Of a stretch of DNA of 64,000 bases, positions 1-9,762 are shown in pieces; the stretch's first letter is position 1; each line of letters starts with the position of its first letter. The notes under the pieces were generated by a model. The model was not told where the DNA came from, searched no databases, and saw only the letters and a program-made list of their open reading frames with translations. The translations under genes and the position numbers were made by a program. The DNA comes from Alphaproteobacteria bacterium (GTDB lineage: Bacteria; Pseudomonadota; Alphaproteobacteria; VGEJ01): the NCBI GenBank assembly GCA_965248765.1, contig CBDFKF010000003.1, positions 566,222 through 630,221 on the forward strand, written 5' to 3'.

Positions 1-130
1 CCGATTGGCCGACGAGCTCGCGCAGCGGATCGCCAAGGTTATCCTGGATCGAAAAGCCGATGAGGCTGATGACGAACATCACCACCACGGCCTGCGCCAG
101 GCGCCGTAACAGGAACGTTAGTGTTGCCAC
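1..130 (-). CDS. ABC transporter permease (peptide/nickel DppB/OppB type), N-terminal fragment running out of the window
   Basis: Reverse translation from GTG at 130-128 gives VATLTFLLRRLAQAVVVMFVISLIGFSIQDNLGDPLRELVGQS. This is a typical N-terminus and first TM helix of peptide-type binding-protein-dependent permeases. It lies directly downstream of the solute-binding protein gene on the same strand. Confidence 0.55.
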   Translation of the reverse strand, partial: MATLTFLLRRLAQAVVVMFVISLIGFSIQDNLGDPLRELVGQS

Positions 131-227
131 CGCCGCACCAACCGCCGCTCACTGCTTTGCGGACTGCATCTGACAAAGCAGGAGGGGCGCCCGTCACCGG
201 TGCGTCCCTCCGCCGTGAACCGCTGCC

Positions 228-1781
228 TCAGTCGATTACGAGATCGCCGAGGTACGGGAAGTTCAGCACATTGACGATGGGGTCGATGTGGAGGCCCTTG
301 CGGGCCGCCCAGGCTAGATCCTGCCAGTGCAACGGCACGAACGCCGCCTCATCGTAGAGAATCTGCTCGACCTCCTGCAGCATCGCCGCGCGTTTGCCGT
401 CGTCAGTCTCGGTCAGGCTCGCGACCGTTAGCTCATCGACCCGCGTGTTCGAATAGTTGCCGGCGTTGTACTGGCCACGGCCGGTGTCGGTGTCCGGCGT
501 CATCGCCAGGAACTCATAGAAGTTGGCCGAGTCCTCGGTGTCCGAATGCCAGCCGATCATCATGACGTCGGCCGCGCGCTCATCGAACTTCGGCCAGTAC
601 TGCGCCTTGGGCATCGTCGTCAGATCGACCTTGATATTAATCTTGGCGAGCATGCTGGCCACCGCTTCCGCGATCTTGGAATCGTTCACGTAACGGTTGT
701 TGGGCGCCATCATGCTGATCGAGAGCCCATCGCCATAGCCCGCATCCGCCATCAACGCCTGCGCCTTCGCCAGATCGCAACGCGGTTGGCATGCCGCGTT
801 GAAGCCGAGGTAGCCGGCCGGGCTCATCTGCCCAGCGCCGGTGCCAAAGCCCTTCATGATCTTGTCGGTGATGGCCTCGTTGTTGATGGCGTACACGATC
901 GACTGTCGCACACGCGGGTCCTTGAAGGCCGCCACCCGGTCCTGGTTTAGCTGGAAGGTGATGATGCGGGTGCCGGTCATCGTTACGAGGTCGGTGTCCG
1001 CATGATCGCGCACGCGGTCGAGATCGGTCGGCGGAACCGGCGCGATGAAGTCGACATCGCCCGAGAGCAGCGCAGCGACGCGGGTCGGCGCCTCCTTGAT
1101 CGGTGTCAGCACGATCGTATCGACGTTGCCGGGCGAAGCGGTGTCCCAGTACCCGTCGAACCGTTTGAACTCGACCCGCACGCCCTGCTCGCGCGAGGTG
1201 ATGATGTAGGGCCCAGTGCCAGAGGTATTGGCGGAGGCGAACGAGTCGCCGTGCTTCACGATCTCTGCCTTGTCGGCACCGCGCGAATCTGTCCCCGAGT
1301 AGAACGCACTATCCATCGGGAAAATGTAGGTCGCATTGTGCAGGACTAGCGAGTAGGGACCTTTGGTGACCAAGTCGACGGTGTGGTCGTCGACGATCCT
1401 CATTTCCTTGAAGGGCTCGAAGATGCCCTTGAAGTCGGGGCTCGCGTTGAGGCGGTCGAAGGTCCATTTCACATCCGTCGCCGTCAGCGGGTTGCCCGAG
1501 TGGAACTTGACGCCCTTGCGCAAATGAAAACGCATGGTGGTGTCGTCGATCCGCTCCCAGCTCTCGGCGAGGCGCGGCTCGAAGGCCAGGTCCTTGGTCC
1601 AGCGCACCAGCGGATCGAAGACCATGCGCGAGAGCTGCAAGGTCCCGCCCGACAGCTGCTCGTGGGGATCGAGTGAAACCGGATCGGCGTCGTACGCCAT
1701 GCGCAGCGTTTTGGCTTCCACGCCCGCCGCACCGGCGACCACCACCGCCGCCGCGAACGCGATCCTGAGTATGTTGTTCAC
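228..1781 (-). CDS. ABC transporter substrate-binding protein, family 5 (DppA/OppA/NikA-like)
   Basis: Part of ORF 228..2099. GTG at 1781 is preceded by GGAGGGAG and followed by the signal peptide NNILRIAFAAAVVVAGAAGVEA. The mature part (LRMAYDADPVSLDPHEQ, GPYIITSREQG, MMIGWHSDTEDS) looks like a family-5 SBP. The upstream 106 ORF codons are Arg/Pro-rich and overlap the neighbouring gene, so I excluded them. Confidence 0.85.
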   Translation of the reverse strand: MNNILRIAFAAAVVVAGAAGVEAKTLRMAYDADPVSLDPHEQLSGGTLQLSRMVFDPLVRWTKDLAFEPRLAESWERIDDTTMRFHLRKGVKFHSGNPLTATDVKWTFDRLNASPDFKGIFEPFKEMRIVDDHTVDLVTKGPYSLVLHNATYIFPMDSAFYSGTDSRGADKAEIVKHGDSFASANTSGTGPYIITSREQGVRVEFKRFDGYWDTASPGNVDTIVLTPIKEAPTRVAALLSGDVDFIAPVPPTDLDRVRDHADTDLVTMTGTRIITFQLNQDRVAAFKDPRVRQSIVYAINNEAITDKIMKGFGTGAGQMSPAGYLGFNAACQPRCDLAKAQALMADAGYGDGLSISMMAPNNRYVNDSKIAEAVASMLAKINIKVDLTTMPKAQYWPKFDERAADVMMIGWHSDTEDSANFYEFLAMTPDTDTGRGQYNAGNYSNTRVDELTVASLTETDDGKRAAMLQEVEQILYDEAAFVPLHWQDLAWAARKGLHIDPIVNVLNFPYLGDLVID

Positions 1782-1902
1782 GATGCTCCCTCCATCAAAG
1801 CGGCGCCGAGCCGCCTTGGGCTGATTGTGATTCGCCAATAGTGGACCACGGTTTGAGGGCCGCTGGGGGAGTCGGCCGACGGGCGCCGCATGATTTAATC
1901 GC

Positions 1903-3048
1903 CTAAAAACGCGTGGCGGCCAACCGGTCCTCATCGAGGATGAGCCCAAGACCGGGTGCCGATGGCAGCGTGAGCCAGCCTCTGTCCGCGGCGATCGGCT
2001 CGGCCAGCACGCAGTCGCGCCGCGCCGGCGTCCACGTCGGCGGATCGTAGGGGTACTCGAGGTAGACATCGCCGCCGGTCGCTGCGTGGAGCTGGGCATT
2101 GGCCATCAGGCCGATGCCATCGCCCCAGGTATGCGGCGTGAACGCGATATCATGCTGGTGCGTAAGCGCGGCGATCGCCATCAAACCCACCGGGCCCCCG
2201 GTCAACGCCGCATCGGGCTGTAGGACATCGAGACAGCCCTCGACCACCAGGTCGCGAAGATCGTGCAACTCGCGCGCCACCTCGCCTCCGGCGATCCGCA
2301 CGTTGGCCTTCTCACGCAGTGCCTGCATCCCCGTGCGATCGGCACGATCGAGCGGCTCTTCCATCCACGATACGCCAAGGCTGTGGAGCTCACGCGCCAC
2401 CTCCAGCGCCTGATCGAGCTCCCACGGCGATTCGGTATCCCACGGCATGTGCCAGGCCTGGTTGCAGTCGACCAAGAGCTCGAGGGTCTCGCCGACCGCC
2501 GATCTCACCGCTTCGAGGCCGGCGATGCCGGCACGCCAATCGCGTCCGATGCGCACCTTCATCGCCGGAAACCCGTCCGCTACCAGGGCGGCGGCTAGCT
2601 GGGCCAGTTCGGCCGGGCCGTGGCTTGCGCCCGATGAGGCATAAACACGCAGTCGATCGGGCGCCGGCCCATCGAGAGCACGGCAAGGTCGGTCTGCGGC
2701 TTGCCCGCACAGGTCCCACAGCGCGATCTCGAGCGGCCAGCAGCGGCCGTAGTGGAACGACAATGTCTCGATGACCCGATGGTGACGCGCCAGGTCGCGC
2801 GGGTCGCGGCCGACGAACAGGTCCTCGTGACCGGCGAACCCCGGCATCGTCCCGCCGCCGCTAATACCGATGAGACCCTGATCGGTCTCCACCCGCACTA
2901 CAGTCGAATCAAAATGAGTGCGGGGCCGGCCGTCCCACGCCGCAACGAACGGCGGGTCGAGAACAAGGCGGTGATGGCTCAGCGTGATCCGCGTGATCTT
3001 CACGGGCAGCCCCGCCTGAGCGTGGACCGCCCTCGGCGGCTGTGTCAA
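1903..3048 (-). CDS. Enolase-superfamily enzyme (mandelate racemase/muconate lactonizing family)
   Basis: 381-aa ORF with the N-terminal capping region VVRVETDQGLIGISGGG and barrel segments LLVDCNQAW, WMEEPL and IAGGE, which are typical of MR/MLE-family dehydratases and cycloisomerases. Confidence 0.8.
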   Translation of the reverse strand: MTQPPRAVHAQAGLPVKITRITLSHHRLVLDPPFVAAWDGRPRTHFDSTVVRVETDQGLIGISGGGTMPGFAGHEDLFVGRDPRDLARHHRVIETLSFHYGRCWPLEIALWDLCGQAADRPCRALDGPAPDRLRVYASSGASHGPAELAQLAAALVADGFPAMKVRIGRDWRAGIAGLEAVRSAVGETLELLVDCNQAWHMPWDTESPWELDQALEVARELHSLGVSWMEEPLDRADRTGMQALREKANVRIAGGEVARELHDLRDLVVEGCLDVLQPDAALTGGPVGLMAIAALTHQHDIAFTPHTWGDGIGLMANAQLHAATGGDVYLEYPYDPPTWTPARRDCVLAEPIAADRGWLTLPSAPGLGLILDEDRLAATRF

Positions 3049-3049
3049 C

Positions 3050-4270
3050 GTGCGCCGAATGGACCCGGACGTGGAAGGCTTGGCCGAGTTTGTCTGGGAG
3101 CGGGAAACGCGCGTTGTCTTCGGCGCCGGCAGCCGCGCCGGCCTCGCGGAAGAAATGGGTCGCGTCGGGGTTGCACGCGGTCCGCTCCTCTATGTGTGCG
3201 ACCCCGCGGTCGGCGATGTACGGCACGCGATCGAGTCGTGCTTGCGCGATGCGGGCCATACGCTGCGCGTGGTCGAGAACACGGCGGGTGAGCCCGGCAT
3301 TGAAGTGATCGAGCGCGCGGCAACCATCGCGCAAACCTGCACAGCCGTGGTCGCCCTCGGCGGCGGCTCCACACTCGACATCGGCAAGCTCGCCGCCTGC
3401 CACGCCGATGCGCCGACCGAGGTTCGCGCCCACGCCCTCGCCGTGCTGCCGTTGCCCGAGCGGCGGCGCAGGTTGATTTGCCTGCCGAGCACGGCCGGCA
3501 CCGGTGCCGAAGTCACCCGCACCGCCGTGTTCACGGCAGACGGCACCAAGCTGTGGAGTTGGGGCGATCCACTCCGGCCCGATCTCGCGGTGCTCGATCC
3601 GGAGCTGACCGTCGGCCTACCCGCGGCAGTGACGGCGATGACCGGGCTCGACGCTCTGGTCCATGCGATCGAGGCGGCCACCATCCGCACCGCCAATCCG
3701 GCGAGCTGCGACGACGGGCTCCGCGCCGTACGCTTGATCAACACATGGCTGAGACGCGCGGTCGATACGCCCGAAGACCTGCCCGCGCGCGGCGCGATGC
3801 AGATCGCCGCCTGCCTCGCGGGGCTCGCCATCGATGCCTCCGGCACCGGCGCCGCCCATGCCCTTGGCCACGGGCTCGGCAGCTTGGCCGCCATCCCGCA
3901 CGGGCGCGCGGTCGCGCTCGCGCTGCCCTGGAACGCGGCTCGCGACCCAGCGCGGTACGCAGGCGTAGCCGAGGCCCTCGGAGTCGCCGAGGTCCCAACG
4001 AGCCGCGTTTTCGCGAAGGCGCTCCGCGAGCACTACGAAGGTCTCCTCCGCGATGTCGGGCTCGATCTCGACCTCGGGCACGATGGTCTGACGCCGGAGC
4101 GCCTGGCCGAGGCGACGATGGCACCGGAGAACCGCCCGATGGTCGAAGCCAACCCGCGAACAATGGGCCCCGGTGAGGTGTTCACCCTCGCCCGGGCCAT
4201 GTTGGCGGCGCGCAAGCGCGTTCGTCGCGATACCATGGAGCCCAAGCCTGCACCAGGGAGGGCACCATGA
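3050..4270 (+). CDS. Iron-containing (group III) alcohol dehydrogenase
   Basis: Motifs GGGSTLDIGK, STAGTGAEVT and GAAHALGHGLG. The start is GTG 3050 or ATG 3059. The stop overlaps the next gene by ATGA at 4267-4270. Confidence 0.8.
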   Translation: MRRMDPDVEGLAEFVWERETRVVFGAGSRAGLAEEMGRVGVARGPLLYVCDPAVGDVRHAIESCLRDAGHTLRVVENTAGEPGIEVIERAATIAQTCTAVVALGGGSTLDIGKLAACHADAPTEVRAHALAVLPLPERRRRLICLPSTAGTGAEVTRTAVFTADGTKLWSWGDPLRPDLAVLDPELTVGLPAAVTAMTGLDALVHAIEAATIRTANPASCDDGLRAVRLINTWLRRAVDTPEDLPARGAMQIAACLAGLAIDASGTGAAHALGHGLGSLAAIPHGRAVALALPWNAARDPARYAGVAEALGVAEVPTSRVFAKALREHYEGLLRDVGLDLDLGHDGLTPERLAEATMAPENRPMVEANPRTMGPGEVFTLARAMLAARKRVRRDTMEPKPAPGRAP

Positions 4271-5931
4271 TCGAGCTGCCGAAGGAAGGCGATTACGACG
4301 CAAAGCGGGCGGCCATCCGCTTGACGATGCCTGAGTTCTACAACTTCGGTTTCGATGTCATCGATCGCCGCGCGCGCGAGGCCGACAAGACGGCATTCAT
4401 CGCCGTGGCGCGGGACGGCGAGACCATCGCCCACCACAGCTTCGCCGATCTCAACCGGGCCTCGAACCGCTTCGCCCACGTCCTGATGAACCTCGGCGTC
4501 GCCAAGGGCGCGTTCGCGTTCGTCATGATCCCGCGTATCCCCGCGTGGTACGAGGTGATGATCGGCTGCATCAAGACCGGCGTGGTGGCGATGCCCGGCA
4601 CCAATCTCCTGATGCCCAAGGACATCGAGTACCGGATCAACAAGTCGAAAGCCACGCTCGCCATCGTCACCGCCGACGCCGCCGACAAGGTCGAGGCGAT
4701 CCGCGCGCGCTGCCCGAGCCTGCAGCATTTGATCGTGATCGGCGGCGAGCGGCAGGGCTGGGTATCGTACGAAGAGGCCTGTGCCGGCGCCCCGGACGAG
4801 CTCAGCCGCGATCAAATGCCGGCCTCGCGAGCCGATGACACGATGCTCGTCTATTTCACATCGGGCACCACCGCGTTCGCCAAGATGGTGCCGCGCGACC
4901 ACGGCTATGCGCTGGCCCATGCAATCACCGGCCGCTACTGGATGGACCTCGGCGAGGACGATATCCACTGGACGCTGTCGGACACCGGCTGGGCCAAGGC
5001 GGCCTGGGGCATGCTGTTCCCGCCGTGGCTGATGGGCGCGGCCATGGTGCTCTACGACGGCGATACCAAATTCGACGCCGACAAGCATCTGCACCTCATC
5101 GGCCAGCTTGGCATCACCACCTTTTGTGCGCCGCCGACGGTCTATCGAGTGTTCGCCCAGGTCGACCTCACGCAGTACGCGCTCGGCTCGATCCGCCACT
5201 CGTTCGGCGCCGGCGAGCCCCTCAATCCCGAGGTCATGCGGGTCTGGAAAGATGCCACCGGCACCGAGATCCACGACGGCTACGGCCAGACCGAGACCAT
5301 CAACATCGTCGCCAACATGCCGGGCATGCCGGTCAAACGGGGCTCGATGGGCCGCCCGGTTCCCGGCATCGAGGTCGATGTCATCGACGATGCCGGCACC
5401 CGGCTCGCCGACGACGAGGTCGGTCACATCGCGGTGCGGCTCACCGAGCCGCATCCGCCGGGGCTGTTCCACGGCTATTACGAGGACGACGCGGCCAACG
5501 CCCAGTGCTTCCGCCACGGCTGGTACTACACCGGCGATACCGCGACCCGCGATGCCGATGGCTACATCTGGTTCGTCGGCCGCTCCGATGACATCATCTC
5601 CTCGGCCGGCTACCGCATCAGCCCGTTCGAGGTGGAGAGTGCGCTGCAGGAGCACCCGGCGGTCGCCGAATCGGCCGTGGTGGGCAAGCCCGACGAGCTG
5701 CGCGGGGCCATCGTCAAGGCCTACATCATCCCGGCTGCCGGGCACACGCCATCGCCCGAGCTCACCAAGGACATCCAGGACTTCGTCAAGAGCCACACCG
5801 CACCGTACAAGTATCCGCGCGAGATCGATTTCCGCGAGGCGCTGCCCAAGACCGTTTCGGGCAAGATCCGCCGCGTCGAACTCCGCGCCGAGGCCGAGGC
5901 CGAGGCCGCCGGCCCGGAAGCGAGTAGCTAA
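4267..5931 (+). CDS. AMP-dependent acyl-CoA synthetase/ligase (medium-chain type)
   Basis: 554 aa with the adenylate-forming motifs YFTSGTTAFAKMV, GYGQTE, YYTGD and PKTVSGKIRR. Confidence 0.85.
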   Translation: MIELPKEGDYDAKRAAIRLTMPEFYNFGFDVIDRRAREADKTAFIAVARDGETIAHHSFADLNRASNRFAHVLMNLGVAKGAFAFVMIPRIPAWYEVMIGCIKTGVVAMPGTNLLMPKDIEYRINKSKATLAIVTADAADKVEAIRARCPSLQHLIVIGGERQGWVSYEEACAGAPDELSRDQMPASRADDTMLVYFTSGTTAFAKMVPRDHGYALAHAITGRYWMDLGEDDIHWTLSDTGWAKAAWGMLFPPWLMGAAMVLYDGDTKFDADKHLHLIGQLGITTFCAPPTVYRVFAQVDLTQYALGSIRHSFGAGEPLNPEVMRVWKDATGTEIHDGYGQTETINIVANMPGMPVKRGSMGRPVPGIEVDVIDDAGTRLADDEVGHIAVRLTEPHPPGLFHGYYEDDAANAQCFRHGWYYTGDTATRDADGYIWFVGRSDDIISSAGYRISPFEVESALQEHPAVAESAVVGKPDELRGAIVKAYIIPAAGHTPSPELTKDIQDFVKSHTAPYKYPREIDFREALPKTVSGKIRRVELRAEAEAEAAGPEASS

Positions 5932-5937
5932 CGGGGC

Positions 5938-8345
5938 TCAGGCGGCCTTGGCCTTGGCCTGCTGGATCAGGTCGTAGACGCGGTTGGCGTTCAGGGGCAG
6001 CTCGGTAACCTCGACGCCGAACGGCAGCAGCGCATCCGAAATGGCGTTGCCGAGCGCGCCCGGCACGGGCGCGCAGATGCCCTCGCCGAGGCCTCGCGTG
6101 CCAAGCGGATTGTGCAGACACGGCGTGCCGGCGTGGGTCACCGTGATGTCGGGGACGTCGGGCGCCCGCGCGATCTGGTAGTTCTCGAAGTCGGCCGACA
6201 GGTGCTGGCCATTCTCGTCGAACGCGAACTCCTCGAAGCAGGCATTGGAGATGCCCTGCACCACCCCGCCCTGGGCCTGGCCCTCGACCACCAGCGGGTT
6301 GATGACGGTGCCGACATCCTCCGATGTGACGTAGCGCTCGATCCGGAACTGGCCGGTGGCGGGATCGACCTCGACGATCGCGGCTTGTGCCGAGAACGAC
6401 CACATGGCGGCATCGGCCTCGAAATACGCGGTGTGCTCGAGACCGGCCTGCTCGCCTTCGGGCATGTTGATCGGCGCCATGATGATGCGGTTTGCCTGCT
6501 CGGCGAGCGTGCGACGGATATTCGAATCCCGCTGATAGATGACCTCGCCGTCGCGATAGTAGAAGTCGCCGGGCGTTGCCCCACTCAATTCGAAGTCGTG
6601 GATCATGAAGCGGTCCATCTTCGCCTTGAGCCACGACAGGCCTCGGCAACGCCTGAGACCGTATAGGAGGCTTGGCGCGAGCCGTTGGTGCCGCAGCCGA
6701 ACGGCGTGGTACCGGTATCGCCGATCGTCACGAACACATCGTCGGGGTGGATGCCGAACTCCTGCGCCGCCACTTGCGAAAGCGTCGTCTCGTGGCTCTG
6801 GCCGCTCGGCGCATCCCCATGGAAGACGAGCGCCTTGCCGCGCGGATCGAGGCGTACGGTCGCCGAGCCGTAGCCCGGCTGGTTGGCCATCTGCACATAG
6901 GCCTCCGACGGGGCGCCCGAGACCTCGGCGCCGACGGCGAAGCCGGTGCCAAAGAACCGCCCCTCCTCCCGCGCCGCCAGTTGTGTTTTGCGGAAGCCGG
7001 CGAGATCGACGGCGCTGACCAGATTGTCCCAGGTCTTGAGCCAGTCCGAGGCATCGTAGTTGAGGCCGGTGCAGGTGGTGTAGGGGAGCTTGGCGATCAG
7101 GTTCTGGCGCCGCACATCGGCCGGCTCGAGCCCCAACCGATGGGCCACCATGTCGATGCAACGATCGAGGGCGAAGCGGGTCGGGAAGGCGCCGAACGAA
7201 CGCGCCGGCGATGAGCACGACTTGTTGGTCACCGCCACCCGCACGCTGATGTCGCAGGTGGGCAAGTCGTAGGCGTTGGGCAGCAGCGCGGCCCCGAGGA
7301 ACGGCATGAGGTAGCCCCAATAGACGCCGGCACAGCCGTCGCCGACATCGCCGAGCCCGCGGTCGCGGACGGCCGTGATCCGGCCCTCCTTGTCTGCCGC
7401 CACCTCGATATCGTGGATCTGGTCGCGCTCTTGGCTCACCGCCATCAAGTGCTCGGCGCGAGTCTCGATCCAGCACACCGGGCGACCGAGCTCGCGCGCC
7501 AGATGGCAGACCAGCACCGGCTCGCGATGGATCGGCGCCTTGACGCCGAAGCCGCCGCCCTGATCGCGCGGCGCGATCACCCGAATCTTGGCCTCGGGAA
7601 TGCCCAAGAGATCGGCCAGCGCCAGCCGCTCGATGTGCGGCCGCTGGGTGGTAATCCAAGCCTTGAGCCCGTCGCCCTCTGTCCACACCGCGACCGCGCC
7701 GCGCGTCTCGAGCGGCGTGACGCCGGTGCGGTGCACGCGAAACCGCTCGCGAATGACCACGTCCGCGGCCCCGATCAATCGCTCGACCTCCGCGGCGTTG
7801 TTGGCCCGGTCCTCCTCGGTGGCGCCGCCGGTCAGCGTCATCGCGAAGATCTCGTTGTCCGGCCAGTCGTCGTGGACCTTCGGGGCCGCCGCGGCGAACG
7901 CGCTCTCGGCATCGAGCACCGGCGTCAGCGGCTCGTAGTCGATGACAATGGCTTCGGCGGCGTCCTCGGCCAGATAGGCATCGGTGGCCACGACCGCGGC
8001 GACCGGCTCGCCATGGAACTTGACCTTGTCGACGGCGAGTGGCCAGAACGTCGGGTGCCGCGCCGGCATGTTGGGGACGAGCACGGGCTGCGGAAACGGC
8101 AGCATCGCTCCCTTGAGGTCGGCGGCCGTCACCACCCGCACCACGCCGGGCATCGCCAGCGCGGCCGCGGTATCGATGTTGGTGATTCGCGCATGAGCGT
8201 GGGTGCTGCGCACAAAGGCCAGGTGCAACATGCCGGGAATAGCGATGTCGGCGAGATACTCGCCATGCCCGGTCATCAGCCGGTGGTCTTCCTTGCGGCG
8301 GTAACCCCGGCCGATCCAGCCCGATGCGGATTCGGCGTCCGTCAT
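5938..8345 (-). pseudogene. Molybdenum hydroxylase large subunit (CoxL/XdhA/aldehyde oxidase family), split by a frameshift
   Basis: The N-terminal 580 aa (ORF 6603..8345, MTDAESASGWIGRGYRRKEDHRLMTG...GSRQASYTVSGVAEACRG) continues in another frame as LKAKMDRFMIHDFELSGATPGDFYYRDGEV...NPLGTRGLGEG (tail of ORF 5938..7686). The span is 2408 nt, which is 3n+2. One inserted nt near 6628-6633 restores a continuous protein of about 802 aa. Confidence 0.8.
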
Positions 8346-8375
8346 CCCTCGCCTGTGATCCCTCGCCCCACCGTG

Positions 8376-8849
8376 TCAGCCACGCATGCGCGCCGCTGCT
8401 GCCTTGATCGCCGCGACGATATGGACGTACCCCGTGCAGCGGCAGATGTTGCCAACGAGTGCGCGCCGTATCTCAGCCTCGCTCGGATCCGGGTTGTCCT
8501 TTAGGAACTCCACCGCGGTCATCAGAATGCCGCTCGTGCAGTAGCCGCACTGCAGCGCATGGTGCTCGTTGAAGGTCGTTTGCAGCGGGTGCAGGTTCTT
8601 GCCGTCGGACAGGCCCTCGACCGTCGTGACCTCCTCGCCATCGGCCTGGACGGCAAGCATCATGCAGGACTTCACGGCCTCGCCGTTGAGGTGAACGGTG
8701 CAGGCCCCGCACTGACCCTCGTAGGTGCACCCGACATGGGTGCCGGTGAGGCCGGCGCGGTTGCGGATGAAGTCGACCAGCAGCAGGCGCGGGGGCACCG
8801 TTTCCTGATAGGCGGTGCCGTTGATGCGAATGGTGATCGTCTGGTCCAT
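8376..8849 (-). CDS. (2Fe-2S)-binding small subunit of the molybdenum hydroxylase (CoxS-like)
   Basis: 157 aa with both cluster motifs: CTYEGQCGACTV and QCGYCTSG...CRCTGY. Confidence 0.9.
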   Translation of the reverse strand: MDQTITIRINGTAYQETVPPRLLLVDFIRNRAGLTGTHVGCTYEGQCGACTVHLNGEAVKSCMMLAVQADGEEVTTVEGLSDGKNLHPLQTTFNEHHALQCGYCTSGILMTAVEFLKDNPDPSEAEIRRALVGNICRCTGYVHIVAAIKAAAARMRG

Positions 8850-8852
8850 GGC

Positions 8853-9734
8853 TCAGCCGCTTGCTGCCCGCGCAAATGCGCTCGCTACCACCGCACGTCC
8901 GAGACTGCGGATCTGAACCTTCCGGTAATCGGCGCTCGCCCAGCGGTCGTCCTGCGGCTCGACCTCAGCGCCCGCCGCATCGAGCGCGGCGTCGATGGCC
9001 GCGGCGTCTTCGGCGTGCACGCCTTTCAACGCCGCTTCGCCGGCCGTGGCCCGCCGGCACCTTGGCAGAATTCCGCCGATGCCGAGCCGCGCGGCGGTGC
9101 ACGCACCGTGGCTGTCGGTCTCGATGTACGCGGCAACGCCGACCACCGGCAGCCCATCGGTCAGCGTGGCGAACTTGCGATAGGCGCTGCCAGCGTGGGC
9201 GGGCGGTGGCGGCAGCAGCACGCGAGTCAGGACCTCATCGTCGGCCCGCGCCGTCTCCAACGGTGCGATCAGAAACTCATCGGCCGGGACCACACGGCTC
9301 GTCCCGTCGGCCTTGTGCAGCTCGATCCGCCCGCCTAGCGTGAGCACCGTCGGCGGTGTGCAGGCGGCGATGTAGTTCCAGCACAGGCTGCCGCCGATCG
9401 TGCCGCGATTGCGCACCTGGCGATCGCCGACCGTGGCCGCTGCATCGGCAAGCGCCTGGTACGCGCCCTTCAAGTGGGGCTCGGTGGCGATGTCGCGATA
9501 CCGCGCCATCGCGCCGATCGCCACGCTATCGTCGGTCACGGCCACGCCTTTGAGCTCGGTGATCCTCTTGAGGTCGATGATGTGCCGGGGCTGCAATAAC
9601 CGCGCCTTGATCGCCTGCATCACGCTCATACCGCCGGCGATCACGCAGGCCTCATCGCCATGCTGCTCGAGAGCGGCGAGCGCCTCGTTCAAGGTCGATG
9701 GCGCGCTGTAGCTATCGATCGGCGCTGGGTACAT
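8853..9734 (-). CDS. FAD-binding medium subunit of the molybdenum hydroxylase (CoxM/XdhB-like)
   Basis: 293 aa with AGGMSVMQAIKARL and RNRGTIGGSL. Gene order is M-S-L on the minus strand. Confidence 0.85.
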   Translation of the reverse strand: MYPAPIDSYSAPSTLNEALAALEQHGDEACVIAGGMSVMQAIKARLLQPRHIIDLKRITELKGVAVTDDSVAIGAMARYRDIATEPHLKGAYQALADAAATVGDRQVRNRGTIGGSLCWNYIAACTPPTVLTLGGRIELHKADGTSRVVPADEFLIAPLETARADDEVLTRVLLPPPPAHAGSAYRKFATLTDGLPVVGVAAYIETDSHGACTAARLGIGGILPRCRRATAGEAALKGVHAEDAAAIDAALDAAGAEVEPQDDRWASADYRKVQIRSLGRAVVASAFARAASG

Positions 9735-9762
9735 GTCTCCCTCCCAGCCCTGCGGCTAGGTG

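Noticed and set aside
1782-2099. N-terminal 106-codon extension of the binding-protein ORF (and similar extensions at 10780-10950, 18957-19064, 18997-19110, 51568-51684 and 62036-62143)
   Set aside because: The extensions overlap neighbouring genes or intergenic DNA and are Arg/Pro-rich. They precede an internal start codon with a good RBS, after which the expected N-terminus (signal peptide or conserved motif) begins.
4033-5796. 587-aa ORF antisense to the acyl-CoA synthetase gene
   Set aside because: It lies opposite a gene with full adenylate-forming motifs. Its translation is Arg/Gly/Ala/Asp-rich low-complexity sequence without recognisable domains. This is the typical shadow ORF of high-GC DNA, where stop codons are rare on the antisense strand.
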